Origin: the human T2T-CHM13v2.0 reference genome, Homo sapiens
NCBI RefSeq assembly: GCF_009914755.1
Contig: NC_060947.1
Strand: one strand, 5' to 3'
Length of the DNA: 64,000 nt
Shown: positions 45,900 to 59,786 of the stretch, piece by piece
Numbering within the stretch: the stretch's first letter is position 1
How the letters are laid out: every line of letters starts with the position of its first letter
Position numbers and translations under genes: made by a program
Notes under the pieces: model-generated
The model's input: only the letters and a program-made list of their open reading frames with translations
The model's database searches: none
Told to the model about the DNA's origin: nothing

Positions 45900-47450
45900 G
45901 TAAAATTTATTCCTAGGAAATTGACACTATTGTAAATGGTATCTTTAAAAAATCCTTGTGTTCTGTTTAGAGCTGGTATATATTTTTGTATACTGATTTT
46001 GTGTTGGGCAACATTGCTAAACTTGCCTATTCTGTTGGTTTATCCCTACGTCCTTTTGGATTTTCTCCATACACAATCATACCACATGTAAATAATGATA
46101 ATTCTGTTTTTTCCTTTTGAGGCTTTGTACTTTCATTTCTGGTCCTTATGACACTGGCCAGACCCCTCCAGTACAATGTTGATTAGAAGTGATGATGATG
46201 TGAATTCTTGTCATATTCCTGATGTCAAGAGGGAAACTTTCAACATTTCACTATGATAGGTTTTAAAAATATATGTAGATTCCTTCTATAGGTTGAGTAT
46301 ACCTAATATGAAGTCCTCCAAAATCTGAAACTGTTTGAGTGCCTCCGTGATGCTCAAAGGAAGTGCTCATTTCAGATTTCAGATTTTCAGATTATGGATG
46401 TTTAACCAGTAAGTATGATGCAAGTATTCCAAAATCTGAAACAGCATTTCAGGGATGGTATACTCAACCTGTATTAGATTAAGGACTTTTCAAAAAATTC
46501 TTAGTTTTCTAAGAGTACTTACCATGCTCACCATGAATATATGTTGAATTTTATCAAACACTTGGTCTGCATCTATTGAGGTGTATGATATTTCTCCATT
46601 AAGCTGTTAATATAGCATTCCTAGAATAAGCCCAATTTAATTTGTGATATATTGTCCTTTTATGTATTACTGGTTCCTTTTCCTAATGTTTTGTTTAGGA
46701 TTTTTGCACTTTTGTTCACGAGCTTGACCTATAAATTTTTAATACTCACTCCATTCAGGCCTTGGTATCAAGGGTATTCTGGCTTCATAATATGAGTTAG
46801 AATGTATATTCTTCTTTTATTTTTCCATATAGTTCAGCTAACATTGGAATTCTTTCTTAAATGTTTGATAGAATTTGCCAGTGAGGATATCTGGACCTGG
46901 AGTTCTCTCTGTAGGGAAGTTTAAAATTGAATCAATATCTTTAGTCACATTAGGACTATTTCAGTTTTCTATTTCTTCACTTTGGGTTTTATTTTTCTAG
47001 GATTTTGTCCATATTATCTAAATTTTTGTTATACAAAATAGTCCATAATATCCTCTCTTTATCCTCTTAATGCCTGTTTTCATTCATAGAACTGATCATT
47101 TGTGTCTTCTCTCTTGTATTCTTGATCAATGTCAGGGTCTTTTCAAAATAAACTAACTTTTGGCTATCCTATTTTTGTTTTACATTTTGTGAATTTTGGC
47201 TCCCACGTTTATTCTTTTACTTTGTGTTTAATTTGCTGTTTTTAACTCCTTGAGATAGCTGTTTAGTTCATTAATTTTCAGTCTTCTTTTTAATGTATAC
47301 TTCATAACTTTCTCTCTAATGAGGGCTTTAGCTGCAGTCCACAAATTATGATATTTAGTATTTTTGTTATTCAACTCAATATTTTCTAATTCACATTATT
47401 TCTTTGAACGATAGATTACTTGGAAGTGTATTTCTTCCAAACATTTGAAC
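45900..47450 (-). mobile_element. Ancient L1M/L1ME fragments
   Basis: T-rich decayed L1 motifs (tctgcatctattgag; tctggacctggag). Confidence 0.7.
46289..46471. mobile_element. Tigger4a/MER46-like MITE
   Basis: TIRs aggttgagtat / atactcaacct with flanking TA. Confidence 0.8.
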
Positions 47451-47854
47451 ACTTTCTAGCTGTTGTTGTGTTACACAGTATAGATAACTGACAATATCTG
47501 TTTACAAAAGATACATCCAAAACATAAAAATTTACAGAAGTTGAAAGTAAAAGGATGGACAAAAGATATTCTGCACAAAATAATTAAAATAGGCTTTAAG
47601 GCAAATGAGCATTACTAGGAATAAAAAGGGGTATTTCACAGAGAAAAGGTTCAATTCACTAGGAAGATTTGATTTTAAATGTGAGCCTAATGTGGTTTCA
47701 AAATATGATGGGAAAATTGGCAGAATAGGAAAAGAAGTTGGTAACTGAGAGAATAAGCAGACAAAAAGCAATAAGGAGGTGGGGCTCTTCCTTACTGGCA
47801 AACTAAGCACTTGGCTTTGTCTGCCTTTAAGGTAGCCTAACACTGATTCTTACC

Positions 47855-49300
47855 CTGAGGAGGGGATGTGGAGCAGACCTGCTGGTGAGCTCCTGGTCTT
47901 TCCTTTAGGTTGTACTCCTCCCAGTCCATCACCAGGTATTGGAACTGCTGTAGGTATGCAAGGAAATCTAATACAACCTGGACATCATTTTTACTTTCTA
48001 CATGTGTCACCTGGTGGCAAGAGAGAGGTGGCAGATAGAAGGGAATGGCCTCATAAACTGGGTGCGTCATCACAGCAAGGAACTAGTTTTAGAGATTCAT
48101 TGCAAGCCGCAAAGGGCAGACATTTATTGAAAGGATGCTGGAATGCTTCAAGCTGACTCAGGAAGGATGGGGCCCAGGGCGACCCTCAGTTGTATGGGAA
48201 CCACGCTTCCTCCTTTCAAGGGCTCCTGATTCCTGAGGACCAACTCCTGCTGCTAACCCTAGGAGGCCTCCCCATCCCCTCCCTGGAGGAAGGGGTCAGG
48301 TGGAGAGCTGATGTCCCGTGCTGAGCAAGGAGAATGTTGCTAGGGTATGTATACTCAGGCAGCACAGCCACACAAGCCAGACAGCGTGCACTAGGCTACA
48401 GCCAGCCACCACCAGGACTCGGGGACTGGACTCTTCCTAGAACACTCTTTCTCCTCCGACCCATGTCCTGATGCCTGCCCTGGGCTGCACTCTCTGGGAC
48501 CAGCAGCTACAGCCCGACACCCTCGAGCCATGCCCCAGGTCTGAGCCACTTACTCTGGGCATACTCTTCATGGGCTTTGGGGTCCTGCTGCCCAGTGCCA
48601 GCAGCCCCTTGGCACAGGGGTTCCCAGAGGCCCCTCAGCCCCATGTCCAACCCCTTCTCCCCGCTGGCAGCTAGCTCCACAGGCTTCTTTCCACTTCCAC
48701 CTGCTGCCCACCTGGGGACGCTGCCAGGGCTTAAGGGTCTTGGGACTGTGTCCTGTAGTTTAGGCCCCCTCTCAGCTGTAGGGGAAGTGCCAGCTGTAGG
48801 GATGGACTTGTCATGCCTCATCCCTCCAGCTGGCCTTGGAGAGAAGAGCTGGATTGTGCCCCCGGGCTGCTCAGCATCTGCTGGGCCAGAAGGCTGGCTG
48901 CCAAGCCATCAACCCACCTATGGCCTTAGGAGCCCAGAAGGAGACAAGGAGCAAGCCCAGACCCTGCAGAGCGCTGATAAGATGGGCCAGGGACATGCCT
49001 CTCCAGGCCCAGCAGCCTTGGGAGCCACAGCCGCTTCGGAGCTGGGGTCCAGGCCTCCCCAGAACTGCAGCTGGAGCTTCATCCTTTTCTGGGAAGGGCA
49101 GGACCTGGGGTGGGAGGGGAGACTGGGATGGGGCTGGAGGCAGGCTCGGCTGCAGAAAAGATGGCCTGTCACAGCTTCTGCCTGCACTCCTCAGGCAGGC
49201 TCCTTGGAGGGGACATTTCACAGCCTCAGAAACATTTCTGGAATTGGCACCCACTTGGCCCCCAGCTCTGTAGTGGCTGGGGGAAGCCTGCATGGAAGAG
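47855..49300 (-). pseudogene. Possible decayed coding exon/pseudogene fragment of unidentified gene
   Basis: Non-repetitive GC-rich block; - frame reads protein-like through three stops that would revert by single T>C changes, ending at a G|GTAAG donor. Confidence 0.3.
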
Positions 49301-50324
49301 GGGAAGAATAAGGGAGGAAGATCAGAGCTGTAAAAGGGGATACAAAGCCTGTACTCTACGACCATTGTGTCAGGCACAAGGTACTATTCCAGAAGCCTTT
49401 GCTGAAGTGCAATGGATAGTACCCTGGATTGGGGATCAAAAGAACTGAGTTGGCTTTTGGTTCTACTTCTGAAAAACTTTGTATAATAACATGTAGATGA
49501 TCCTCTTTGAGTCTTAGCTTTATTGCTTGTAAAATGCAGATAATTCCTCCCTCCCAAGGATTCTATATAGATTGAGATAAAAAAAGTGCGAATGTGCAAA
49601 GTAAACATCTAGGCCTGTCCTAAAGGCACTGTGAACGTTGGTTGCATCCAAATCTGAATTTTGTCTGGGACCAGGGTCAGGGACCAGAATACACCAGAGG
49701 TGAGGGCCAGCCCTACCTGAGAACCATCAACAAACTTACCCCACATCCCATTATACCTCCTCACTCCCTGCAGCCTGTCAGCTTCCCCAATCTCCCACAC
49801 TCACTGTCACCTGGGGCTCTGGTGCACCAGATGACACTACTTGCTCCCTGGTACACAGGTGAGTGCAGCCAGTGTCATACCCAAGGCCTCTAAATGAGGT
49901 CCACAGGCAAGAGCCATCCCAGCCCACATCTGATATCCAAGATGCAATGCTAAGTGGAAAAAGCACTGTAGAACAGTGTGTGGAATATGGTCTTGTTTAT
50001 GTGTGTGTGTAAGATATAGGTATAAAATATACTTCAATATTCATAGAAAATTTATGGAAGAATACACAAAAATTGTTAACAATGGTTATTACTAGTTCTA
50101 CAGGGATGATAAACAGGGAGGGGTGAGGACTGTATCTTTACTAATTATCATCATTTGAATATTTTTGCCATGAACATGTGTTACTTTTATAATGTAAAAG
50201 CACTTAAAATCAAAAGATGTAGATAGTAAATTAATATGTAGATATAGATAGATGATAGATGGACAATAGCGGTAGATAAATGATATGAAAATAGCTAAAA
50301 GCTAAACCAGACAGATATATCTGT

Positions 50325-50445
50325 GCATTGGTTTCCTCACGTGAAATGGTACCTATTTCATAGGATTATTGTGAGGATTAAATGACTTCATACGTTCGAG
50401 TCCTTGGAACAGTGCCTGGCACACAGTAAGTGCTCAATAAATGTT
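50325..50445 (+). mobile_element. MIR/L2 SINE core fragment
   Basis: gtttcctcacgtgaaatgg...gtgaggattaaatga...aacagtgcctggcacacagtaagtgctcaataaatgtt. Confidence 0.8.
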
Positions 50446-50814
50446 TTCTTTCGGATAATACTGGTGTGGAGATGGTGGAGGAAGACAGGCTGGCTCGATG
50501 TGATAATCTCTTTCGCCATCTTGTGGTCAGTGGGGCACAGGCCACACAGCAACATTAATGCCAATTAGCAGCATGGGTTCACTTTGCACGTTTTCAATCC
50601 TCTTCATAGGTAAGTGTAGGAGTTCAGGCCTTAGGGATGGAGGACCTAGGACTTTTAAAATCGAAAAAGAGCTTAAAGAAATAAACAAATAACTTTACAA
50701 ATGGGTAGCCAGAATAGGACTTAGAGACCCCTACTCTAGTCATCTTTGACACCAGATGCTCCTGATCCCTAGTCCTGTCAGTGTCAAAAAGAAAGCAAAT
50801 TGGCGGTCCCCTGT

Positions 50815-50846
<32 letters not shown>

Positions 50847-51290
50847 TTTCAGGTTCCTCTTTTCCTGTCAGGCTTCTTAGTTGTATCAACAGAACCAATT
50901 TTAGCTTACCCAGAAAAGGGATTTTTGAACACCTATTGAGTAGCTCAGGGAAACCTCAAAAAGGCCAGAGAATCTGGTTTGGGAGCTAGGTGGCCACGAG
51001 TTGCAATCCTACCCCCTCTGCGGACAGGAGCTACTGAGGCTGAGTCCAGCACCACTAGGATATCTCTTACAGTTGTTTGTGAAAACTCAGTACGGCTGCT
51101 TGTGAAAACTCAGTGTCTCTCTGACACTGTCACCAGGCATAGCTTCTTCTGTTCTTCTGATTTCCGCTGGTCTCTTCACGTGTTTCTCCTGATTCAAAAT
51201 CTGAATGGGGAACATCTAATTGGTGGAGCCTAGGGCTCACACCTCTCCTCTAGGCTGAGTTCTGGTTTCCACCTTAGGGAGGAAGGACTC

Positions 51291-51382
51291 TTTTTTTTTT
51301 TTTTGGAGACAGATTCTTGCTCTGTCACCCAGGCTGGAGTGCTGGAGTGTAGTGGCACAATCTCAGCTCACTGCAACCTCCT
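51291..51382 (-). mobile_element. 5'-truncated Alu (92 bp)
   Basis: Alu 3' end with perfect 14-bp TSD gggaggaaggactc (51277, 51383). Confidence 0.9.
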
Positions 51383-51604
51383 GGGAGGAAGGACTCAATG
51401 CAGGGCTTCTCCAAAATTTAAAAGGGCTATTCAGAAGAGCCTGGGTAGGACAGGGGATGATGATGCTCTGACTTTGGGAAACAGCATTGAGCATGTGTGC
51501 TTCAGAGTCCCACATCCCTTCTCCAGGTCCTGTCTATCTAGCTGTAGGTTCTACATATGACCCAGGCAGTACTGGGAATCTAGGTCTGTTTGACTCAGTG
51601 GTCA

Positions 51605-51765
51605 GGCCGGGTATGGTTGCACATGCCTGTAATCCCAGCTACTCGGGAGACTGAGGTGGGAGGATGGCTTGAGTCCAGTAATTCAAAGCAGCAGTGAACT
51701 ATAATCATGCAACTGCACTCCGGCCTGAGTGACAAAGCAAGACCTGCCTCTTAAAAACAAAAAAA
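51605..51765 (+). mobile_element. Alu monomer (FRAM/FAM-like)
   Basis: Single right-arm-type monomer with A tail; TSD gtggtcag. Confidence 0.8.
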
Positions 51766-52224
51766 TGGTGGTCAGACTCCATATTGATTATTAGGGGACA
51801 GGTCATGGTGATACCAGATGGAAGGATTTTTTTGGACAGGGAAGTCCATGGGGGCGGTGGGGCACAGGTTCCATGGCCGACTGGTTTACCACTGTATTCA
51901 ACAGCAGCTAGCTTGGTGCCTCAATACATGACTGAAAGAATGGTGGAATAAGAGAACAAACTAAGCTGGCCACCTTCCTTCTGTAGTTGTAAAATTTCAC
52001 TGACACTTAGGGCCCCTAATTTCGGAAGAAACCTAAGAGATGTGTTTTGGAGGTGTCTTGTTAGATAAGGGAGATCAAGAAAGGTAACTCCACTCATACC
52101 AAGCTACACCTTCACGTAGGGTTTCTGACTCCCATCCAGGAGGTGACTCCCCTCCACATTTAGTGTCTCCACTCAGAGGAAAAGAACAATCAAGTGTGTG
52201 CTACAAGATTCTACTGTCCATCCA

Positions 52225-52529
52225 CACATTTTCTTTCTTTCTTTCTTTTTTGCAACAGAGTCTCACTCTGTCACCCAGACTGGAGGGCAGTGGCAGGAGG
52301 CTCACTGCAACCTCCGCCTCCCAGGTTCAAGCGATTCTCCTGCCTTACTCTCCTGAGTAGCTGGGATTACAGGCATGCAGCACCACACCCGGCTAATTTT
52401 TGTCTTTTTAGTAGAAACGGGGTTTCACCATCTTAGCCAGGCTGGTCTTTAACTCCTGACCTCAGGTAATCCACCGACCTTGGCCTCCCAAACTGCTGAG
52501 ATTACAGGCGTGAGCCACTGCGCCCGGCC
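52225..52529 (-). mobile_element. AluS element
   Basis: Reverse Alu; TSD ccatcca(c/g)a(c/t)attttct. Confidence 0.92.
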
Positions 52530-53011
52530 CATCCAGATATTTTCTTGAAACAATTCTGCACTTAGGACATATTTCCAGGAGAAATTGATGAAACATTCCC
52601 ATAGTGGAATTGCTTGAGATTGCTGGGCCTCAAGGTCTATTGGAATCTAACTTCAACATCCAGCTGATGGGTCAGCCTGCGGCCTCCATATTTCCTTCTA
52701 TGAATCAATGATGGCAAGTGCCCGTCTCTGGCCACGCCAGCTGAAAGGCACAGACCACCAGAGGGAGCAGGTGTGCCTCTTCCATGGTGGAACATGGCAC
52801 TTCCTGTTTGCCGCCCCCCCCAACCTGCCCTGATCTGGAAAACACCACTGTTGCTTAGCAACAGGGAAGGCAGTCATCCAGGGCCCCATGTTTCTATCAG
52901 TCACCAACCCAAGTGAGACATGGAATGTAAAGGCCTGCCTTCAGATCACATCTACTGTAGCACTTTGGAACTTGCTGGCCACTCAAAATGTGGCCTGTGA
53001 CCCTTCAACAT

Positions 53012-54105
53012 TTCAGGGGTCCCCAAGACCACCCAGACATTCAGTGAATTAGCTAGGACTCATGGGACTCAGTATATTATTGTACTCATGGCTGTTATTA
53101 CAGCAAAAGGTTATACAATATGATCAGCAAGAAATAGAAAGAACAGGTGGGGTCTGCAGAAGTCCACGCACAGGCTTCCTCATGCTCTCTTTCTCCTGTG
53201 AGGGGGCCCATAGAGCACATCCTTCCCCAAGAATGAAAATGCACAATATGTGGGTAATGTTTTGCCCAGGGAAGCTCACTTAGTGCCCCAAATTTTTACT
53301 AGGGTCTGGTCATTAGGCACCCCCTGCCTATTATGTACCCAAGTTCCAGACTCTCGGAAGGAAAGCAGGTGTTCAGAATAAACTACGTTGTTGGTACAAA
53401 CTGGTTAGGCACTGTGAACCACCCTTCTCAATTAGGGAACATGTCAACTGCTGTCTTAGTTTTCTATTGCTGCCATAACAAATGATCACAAACTTAGAGG
53501 CTTAAACTGTATAAATGAATCGTCTAACAATTCTGTAGGTCAGAAGTCCAGCTTAGGTCTCTGGGCTGAAATCAAGGTGTTGGCAAAGTTGTGTTCCTTT
53601 CTAGAGGCTCTAGGGGAGAATCCATTTCCTACTCATTCCAGGTCGGCAGAATTCAGTTTCTTGACATTGTAGGACAGAGGTCCCTGTTTCCTTAGGCTGT
53701 CATCTGAGGGCCATTCTCAGCTTCTATAGGCCACCACATTCCTTAGCTTGTAGCATTTTCCTCCACCTTCAAAGCCAGAACAGTGAGTCGAATCCTTCTC
53801 AAGTCACATCTCTCTGGCCACAGCTGGGAAAGGTTCGCCACTTTTATGGTCTCCTGTGATTGGATTGGGTCCACCCAGTTAATCCAGGATAATCTTCCCA
53901 TCCCAAAGCCCCAACCCTTAATCATGTCTACAAAATCCTTTTTGCCATGTAAAGTAACATATTCATAGGTCCCAGGGATTAGGACGTGGACATCCTTGCA
54001 TATCCAGTATTTTGCCTACCACAAGTGCCAAGTTCCTAGATGCCAGCCAAGGGTCTTTCTAAATATAACAGTCTCAGGGATGCTATGTTAACTCTTTTCT
54101 GCATA
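53012..54105 (-). mobile_element. MER77/MER68-like LTR split by an MLT1 insertion
   Basis: End tgctatgttaactcttttctgca and start caggggtccccaagaccacc match recalled consensus. Confidence 0.7.
53452..54023 (-). mobile_element. MLT1 (D/E-like) MaLR solo LTR
   Basis: tgtcttagttttctattgctgccataacaaat ... tttgcctaccaca; TSD actgc/agtgc. Confidence 0.85.
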
Positions 54106-55202
54106 CTCATGCATATCTAAAGGAAGGTGACATCATGAGTGATAGGGGATACCCTCTTCCAATATCTTGTAGCCCCTTTCATGCTTAAAATGTCTTGGAC
54201 TTCATAAACAACTGGACCCGGGGCTCAGCCCACAAAGATGCCTTATAACCCAGATTCCAATATGGCATACACATTCTGACCTTGGGACTGCGCAGTGCTA
54301 TCCCTTTCCTGCTTCAACCTGGACAGGAGCCAACGTCTAGGAAACTGTTAGGTTACGTTCTCTCAAGCATAGGACTTGACAGAAAATATATTTCAGTTTA
54401 AATTCTTAGCTATGTACCAAGAGCAAGTTATTTGTTCTCTGTAAGTCTCATTTCCTCATCTGCTTCCAGGTATAACACACTGTCTTATAGATTTAAATGA
54501 CAGAATACATACAATAAGGTATGTGTAAGGCAGTGCTTTCCAGATCACAATGGCTAGTGTGCTAGGAGATGGAACATCCAGTAGGAACAAAAACAAGACT
54601 AAAGTCTCCTGTTTCAACATGGAGCTTCCTCTAGGGGGAGAAAGAAGAGAAGAGGCAGAGGTTCACTTTTAGGATCTGCCTGGGTCTTTTTTTTTCCTCC
54701 TGAGCTCATCACTTTATTGACAAACTTATTTCTCCTTCTTCCTGTGAAGGTGTGATATTGTGAATGATTAACCTTTGTTTTTCACCCCAAGCTCCAGCTT
54801 GCCCTTGTACTCTTGGCCCTGCTGCAGATGACAGACCCAAGGCTTCTGCCCCAGGGTAGAGTTATTTCAGCAGAAATGCAAATAGAATCAAAGAGCCCAA
54901 GATCAGCATTTGAGTCACAGAAGAGATTTCAGAAAATGTACACTGAGAAAATAGAACTAAACGAAAGGCTTTTTGAGTTGGAAGATCTTAGGTCTTTTGA
55001 ATACCAAGACATAAGGACCTGGCCTATCGACAGGCATACAAGGATATATGGTTTGTCCAAGGGACTTCCAGCCATCTAAGACTAGATAAAGCTCCCTTAC
55101 ACTAAAGGGAGGGCTGAGAGGGAGGCAGAGAGATACCGATGACATTCAAGGCCAGGGGATTTCAACCTCCATTTTAGACTATGTTGAAATCTTAAGGAGA
55201 AT

Positions 55203-55204
<2 letters not shown>

Positions 55205-55239
<35 letters not shown>

Positions 55240-55296
55240 CCTCTCCTCTCCTCTCTCTCCCTCCTCTCTCTCTCTCTCTCTCTCTCTCCTCTCCCT
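55205..55296. repeat. (CT)n/(CCTCT)n polypyrimidine microsatellite
   Basis: Direct reading. Confidence 0.95.
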
Positions 55297-57476
55297 GCTC
55301 CCGACTGGTTTGGGTTCCCTTTCATTTCATCTCCAAATATCACAATGGTATTCCCTGGAGGGCAAGAAAGACTTTTAGTCTGGGCCTTGGGATTGAGGAA
55401 ATAGAAGAGAATCTGTGGTGTTTACAGACACTAGCACCATCCATTAGGGTAGGAACAGTAAGAAAGCAAAGGTTTGTGTCAAAGACTTGAAGTTTTCCTA
55501 GTGTGGGTCTTCAGAAAACCACTTTAGGGCCTCTGAGAAAAAAGACACTGCCATACTGGCTTGGTAGTGAGAGTCAGGTAAAGACCTCATTCCTCCCATT
55601 ACTGGAACAGCCATGAGGTCTCCTGACAGCAAGGTGACAATGTCCAGATAACAACAGGTGAACAAAATAGCCCTACATACCCAGAGACAGAGCCACTTGC
55701 CTTGGGCCCAGCTGTTCACTAAGTCATCGGGTTCTTCCATTTCAGTGCAAGGGTGCCTAGCCAATGTAGTGAGCAAAGGTTGATTTCAAGATTGAATTTT
55801 GAGGGATCAAAGTTGGAGCAGGTCAAAATTATTAACAACTTGGCGATGCCCGATCCCTTCTGCCTGCAGCTACTAACACTGCATGGTTCCTAGCTTAACA
55901 ACCCTCTGAATTTTGGGGAAGCTTCCTGTAAACACTAAATAAAACAAACAATATGTCTTGAGAGCAGTGTGTATTATGGTTAAAAGCAACTGAATATTGT
56001 TCCTCCAGCTGGGTTGCATGAATGCATATCAGGGGAACCATGAGTCCCATTGAATTACAGGCAAACGTACTATGCCAGGTGCTTTTCATGCATTTTTCAA
56101 GGGAGAAGAGATATAGCGTAATCAGATTCTCAGAGGGGTCTGAGTCTTAAGCCACTGTTGCAATGGGGAGTCTTGGATTTGTGCTTTATTAACTGTGTGT
56201 CCTGTGAAAATTCATAGGGAACCCCCATGTCATATTTTCCTGCCAGTAGAGTGGAAAAAACCAATATCAACCCCATAACATTATTGTGGGGAATTAATTA
56301 AAAGATGCTTTATAAATAAATTCGTTTTAAATGAGACGTTCATGTGTTCCCTTCCCCATCCCCCAATAAATAGCTCTATTAAATAAAAGGCAACCGGTTG
56401 AGATTTTGGATAACAGAGATATGTATTTTTCAAAAATGTATGTGTACACAGTTTATATATGTGGAATAATGATGTGTCTAATCCTGTATTTTTTCAAGAA
56501 TCATTTTCATAGATTATTTGGCATCGTGTGCTTTAAAATAATGATGATGATGATAATGATAATTCCTTGCACTTGCATAGCCAGTAGTCCTCTCATTTAT
56601 CTCATCGGTTGTTGACAAAGCCCTCCTCTTACTCTTGTAAATGAAATGAGGCTAGTGCTGGGTCTGCAGTGTTTGGTTGCCATGGTTTAAATTCGTTTCA
56701 TAAGCTGTTGCTTGGCAATCCCACGCGTCAGCTGGCTCTTTTTCCTCAGCACTCTCGCCACACGCTGTCTGAAGTATAATGAGACTGAGGCTGGGCAAAG
56801 GAGGATGGCAGTCCCCAAGCACGTTCCATCTTCCCACACAACACTGTTTGTTACCATGATGCTTGATAAATGTGTTAAAAGCAGAGCAGTGAAGTGGTTG
56901 CAAACATGGGATTTAGTGTCACATAGACCTGGGTTCAAGTTCTGGGTTGGGATTTGGCTCAGTGTCTCCTTTGGCCATTCACCTAGAAACCCGTCTCAGT
57001 TTCTCCATGTATCAAGTGAGAGATTATAATATGCAGCACCTGGAGTGGATGTGAGAATTGGAGGAAAAAATTCATTTAAAGTACCTGCACACAGTAGGTG
57101 CTCAGTAGCTGTAACCTGTACTAATAAGGGTCATGGGAGCTGGTAGAACTATAACTTTCCTTGTTCTGTAGTAAAATGCTCTGATGTAGCAGTCAGTTTG
57201 GACTTAATTTGTGTAGTTGTGGCCCACTTTCTTTTATACATAGTATGAGTGGGCTCACTACAAATCCATAGAGTAAAACAGAAATTTATAAATAAACTAT
57301 CAGGATCAAGGAAAAGACTGGGAGTGTTGTGACTAAAGGAAGACAAGTAGAGATGCTGCAGACAGAACATATCAATAGATGTCCACTCCAGGTAGTGAGT
57401 GGGTAGGCACTGTGCATTCAAAGGGGCTGTCATGGGGGAGGCTTCTCTCCTCCCTAGATAAACACATACCCATGGG

Positions 57477-57672
57477 CAGTGGTGTGCAGGTAAAACAGCT
57501 CTCAGGGAGAGAAAAGCCTTGATTTGTAACATTTGCCTATTTCTGTGGTGTAAATACTCCTACCATGACCAATTTTAAACTACCAATGTGATGCCATTGA
57601 AGGGAGTGTAGAGTTGGAAAGCAATGCCCACAATTGGCTCTCGGGAGCCCATCAGAGCCTGCTTCAGCGCAG
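57477..57672. mobile_element. MER63A-like hAT element
   Basis: cagtggtgtgcaggtaaa terminus; gtggtgtaaatactcctaccatg core. Confidence 0.7.
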
Positions 57673-59423
57673 AAGTAATCCCTTCCCTAGGGGAAGCTTT
57701 TTTGTTTTTGCTTTTGTTTTTTTTCTCTTTTGTGGACATTTCCAACAAGCTCTTGTATTTATAGCAGTTTAGGGAGGTCAGTTCTCAGGACTGCTCTTCT
57801 GGCATTTGATTTTCCCTGATTGGAAGCATATGGCTGAGGAAATAGCCTCTGTTCTGTTGTGCAGGCCCATCCCACATCTCCATAGGCTGACTTCAGCACC
57901 CTTTCTGGCTTAAGATCAGGAGCCCATGATCTTTGCAGGATCCAGAGGAGACTTGGGAGCTAGGAATTACCTAGATGAAAATCTTAATTGAGGTAGTATC
58001 TTCTCCCAAAGTTATTTTATCTTTTTTATATAACCCAACTCAGCCATACTGCCCTCGTCATAGTCTCTCATACTCTCATGGTCTCTCATATTCATTGTAG
58101 CATTCTCAGTGCTACAATGCATGTGACCTTACTATGTTTATATTAGCCACCAAGCAGTTTCAAAATGAATCACTTTTTAAATTCATCCATGCCACTGTAA
58201 AGCTGCTTCATCTAATATGACTTCAGTGTAGTTGTCTGATTTTGATAGCTGGAGTAAACAAACTGTGCGTGCTTGAATTCCATTCTGGACTGAACAGTTT
58301 CAAGTGTCAGTCAGTGATGCTCATTTGTAAGAACAGGCACATTGACCAGCTTTCAGTGAAAATATGTTGCATGTGTTTTACATTTTACATGGTCCATAAT
58401 TTGTATTTCCTTTCCACTTCGTATCTGACAATGTCCAGTTAAATGGCTCCTACAGACAGAGTGCCCCAAAACATAGTGTCTTTCTTACGAATCAGCTGAA
58501 AAATATCAGGATGTTTATGAGGCAGCAGAACAGGAAATTAGATATAAAACCCACAACTTTCTAAGGAGGGTAGGCCCTGTTAACAGGAGATTTTTTTGTG
58601 GGGGCAGTGGGGTTAGATACAAAGTCATGAACCTCAATATAATTAATGGCCTGTCACAGTTCTGAGAGTTTTCAGTAGTGGGTGGAGTGTACAAATTTGA
58701 AGGTAGAAGCTGGAAGACACTTAAACTTCCCAGCAAAAGCAAGATCCTTGAGGGAGAGACCAAAGTCAGGGAAAATGGAAGCCTGTTAGGGAGATGGTGC
58801 AGGGAGTGAGGGGAGGGGGATCTGATTACTGGAGACTGAAAAGAAAGATTTGTGAGAAGGAATAATGTCTAATGGAGACTTTCTAGTTAAATTCTGTGGG
58901 GGGAAATGCTCCTAATACATTTCCCCCAGGACATTTTCATTTAATTCTACAATGCTCACTGTTTAATGGGCACAGATTCTCTATGGTGAATGTGAGTAAA
59001 ATCGTGTTCCAAGATTTAGATATGGTAGAAAAACAAAGCCCATGAGTCAGGGTAGCAGACATGTGGCTTATATATACTCTCGTGTGAATGAAGGGACATC
59101 TTTGCATAGAAAGATCTCATGTTCACCATTAACTTACCAGGTAGGGGTGGGGGATGGAGGGTATTTTCTGTGCCTAGCTGGAGGACTGTAGGTTAGACAG
59201 GCTTGGTGGGAGGATGGAAATGGAGTTTCTTTAACGAGAGCCTGCAGGTTCCTGGAACTCCTCCTCATGCTGACTGCTCAGAAGTGCCCCACCAAATTCT
59301 GCCCAGTGGCGGCAGAGTCCTGCTGGGGATGGTCTCGTCAGATCCAGAAGAGTGGCTTATAAGCAAGAATAAGCATACATTTTCTCTTAAGAAACCAGAG
59401 TTAACAATTATTTTATTTTCCAT

Positions 59424-59786
59424 TGTCTTGGTCAGCTTGGGCTACTGTAACAAATTACTGTAGACTGGGTGGCTTAACCAACAAACATTTATTTCTCACA
59501 GTTCTGGAGGCTGAGAAGTCCAAGATCAAGGTGCCAGCAGATCCTGTGTCTGGTGAGGGGCCGCTTCCTGGTTTGCAGATGGCTGTCTTCTCATTGTATC
59601 TCACAGGGTGGAGAGTAGTAAAAGCTCTTTGGAGTCCCTTTTATAAGGGCACTAATTCTATTCATGACGGCTCCACTCATGTCCTAATCACCTCCCAAAG
59701 ACTCCACCACCTAATACCATCATATTGGGAGCTAGGATTTCAACATATGAATTTGGAAGGGGGGCATAAACATTCAGTCCATAATA
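59424..59786 (-). mobile_element. MLT1A-like MaLR solo LTR
   Basis: catttatttctcacagttctggaggctgagaagtccaagatcaagg...cattcagtccata. Confidence 0.88.

Noticed and set aside
48577-49311. 244-aa + strand ORF
   Set aside because: Non-ATG start, low-complexity composition, open frames on both strands typical of GC-rich DNA; more likely a shadow of the - strand block
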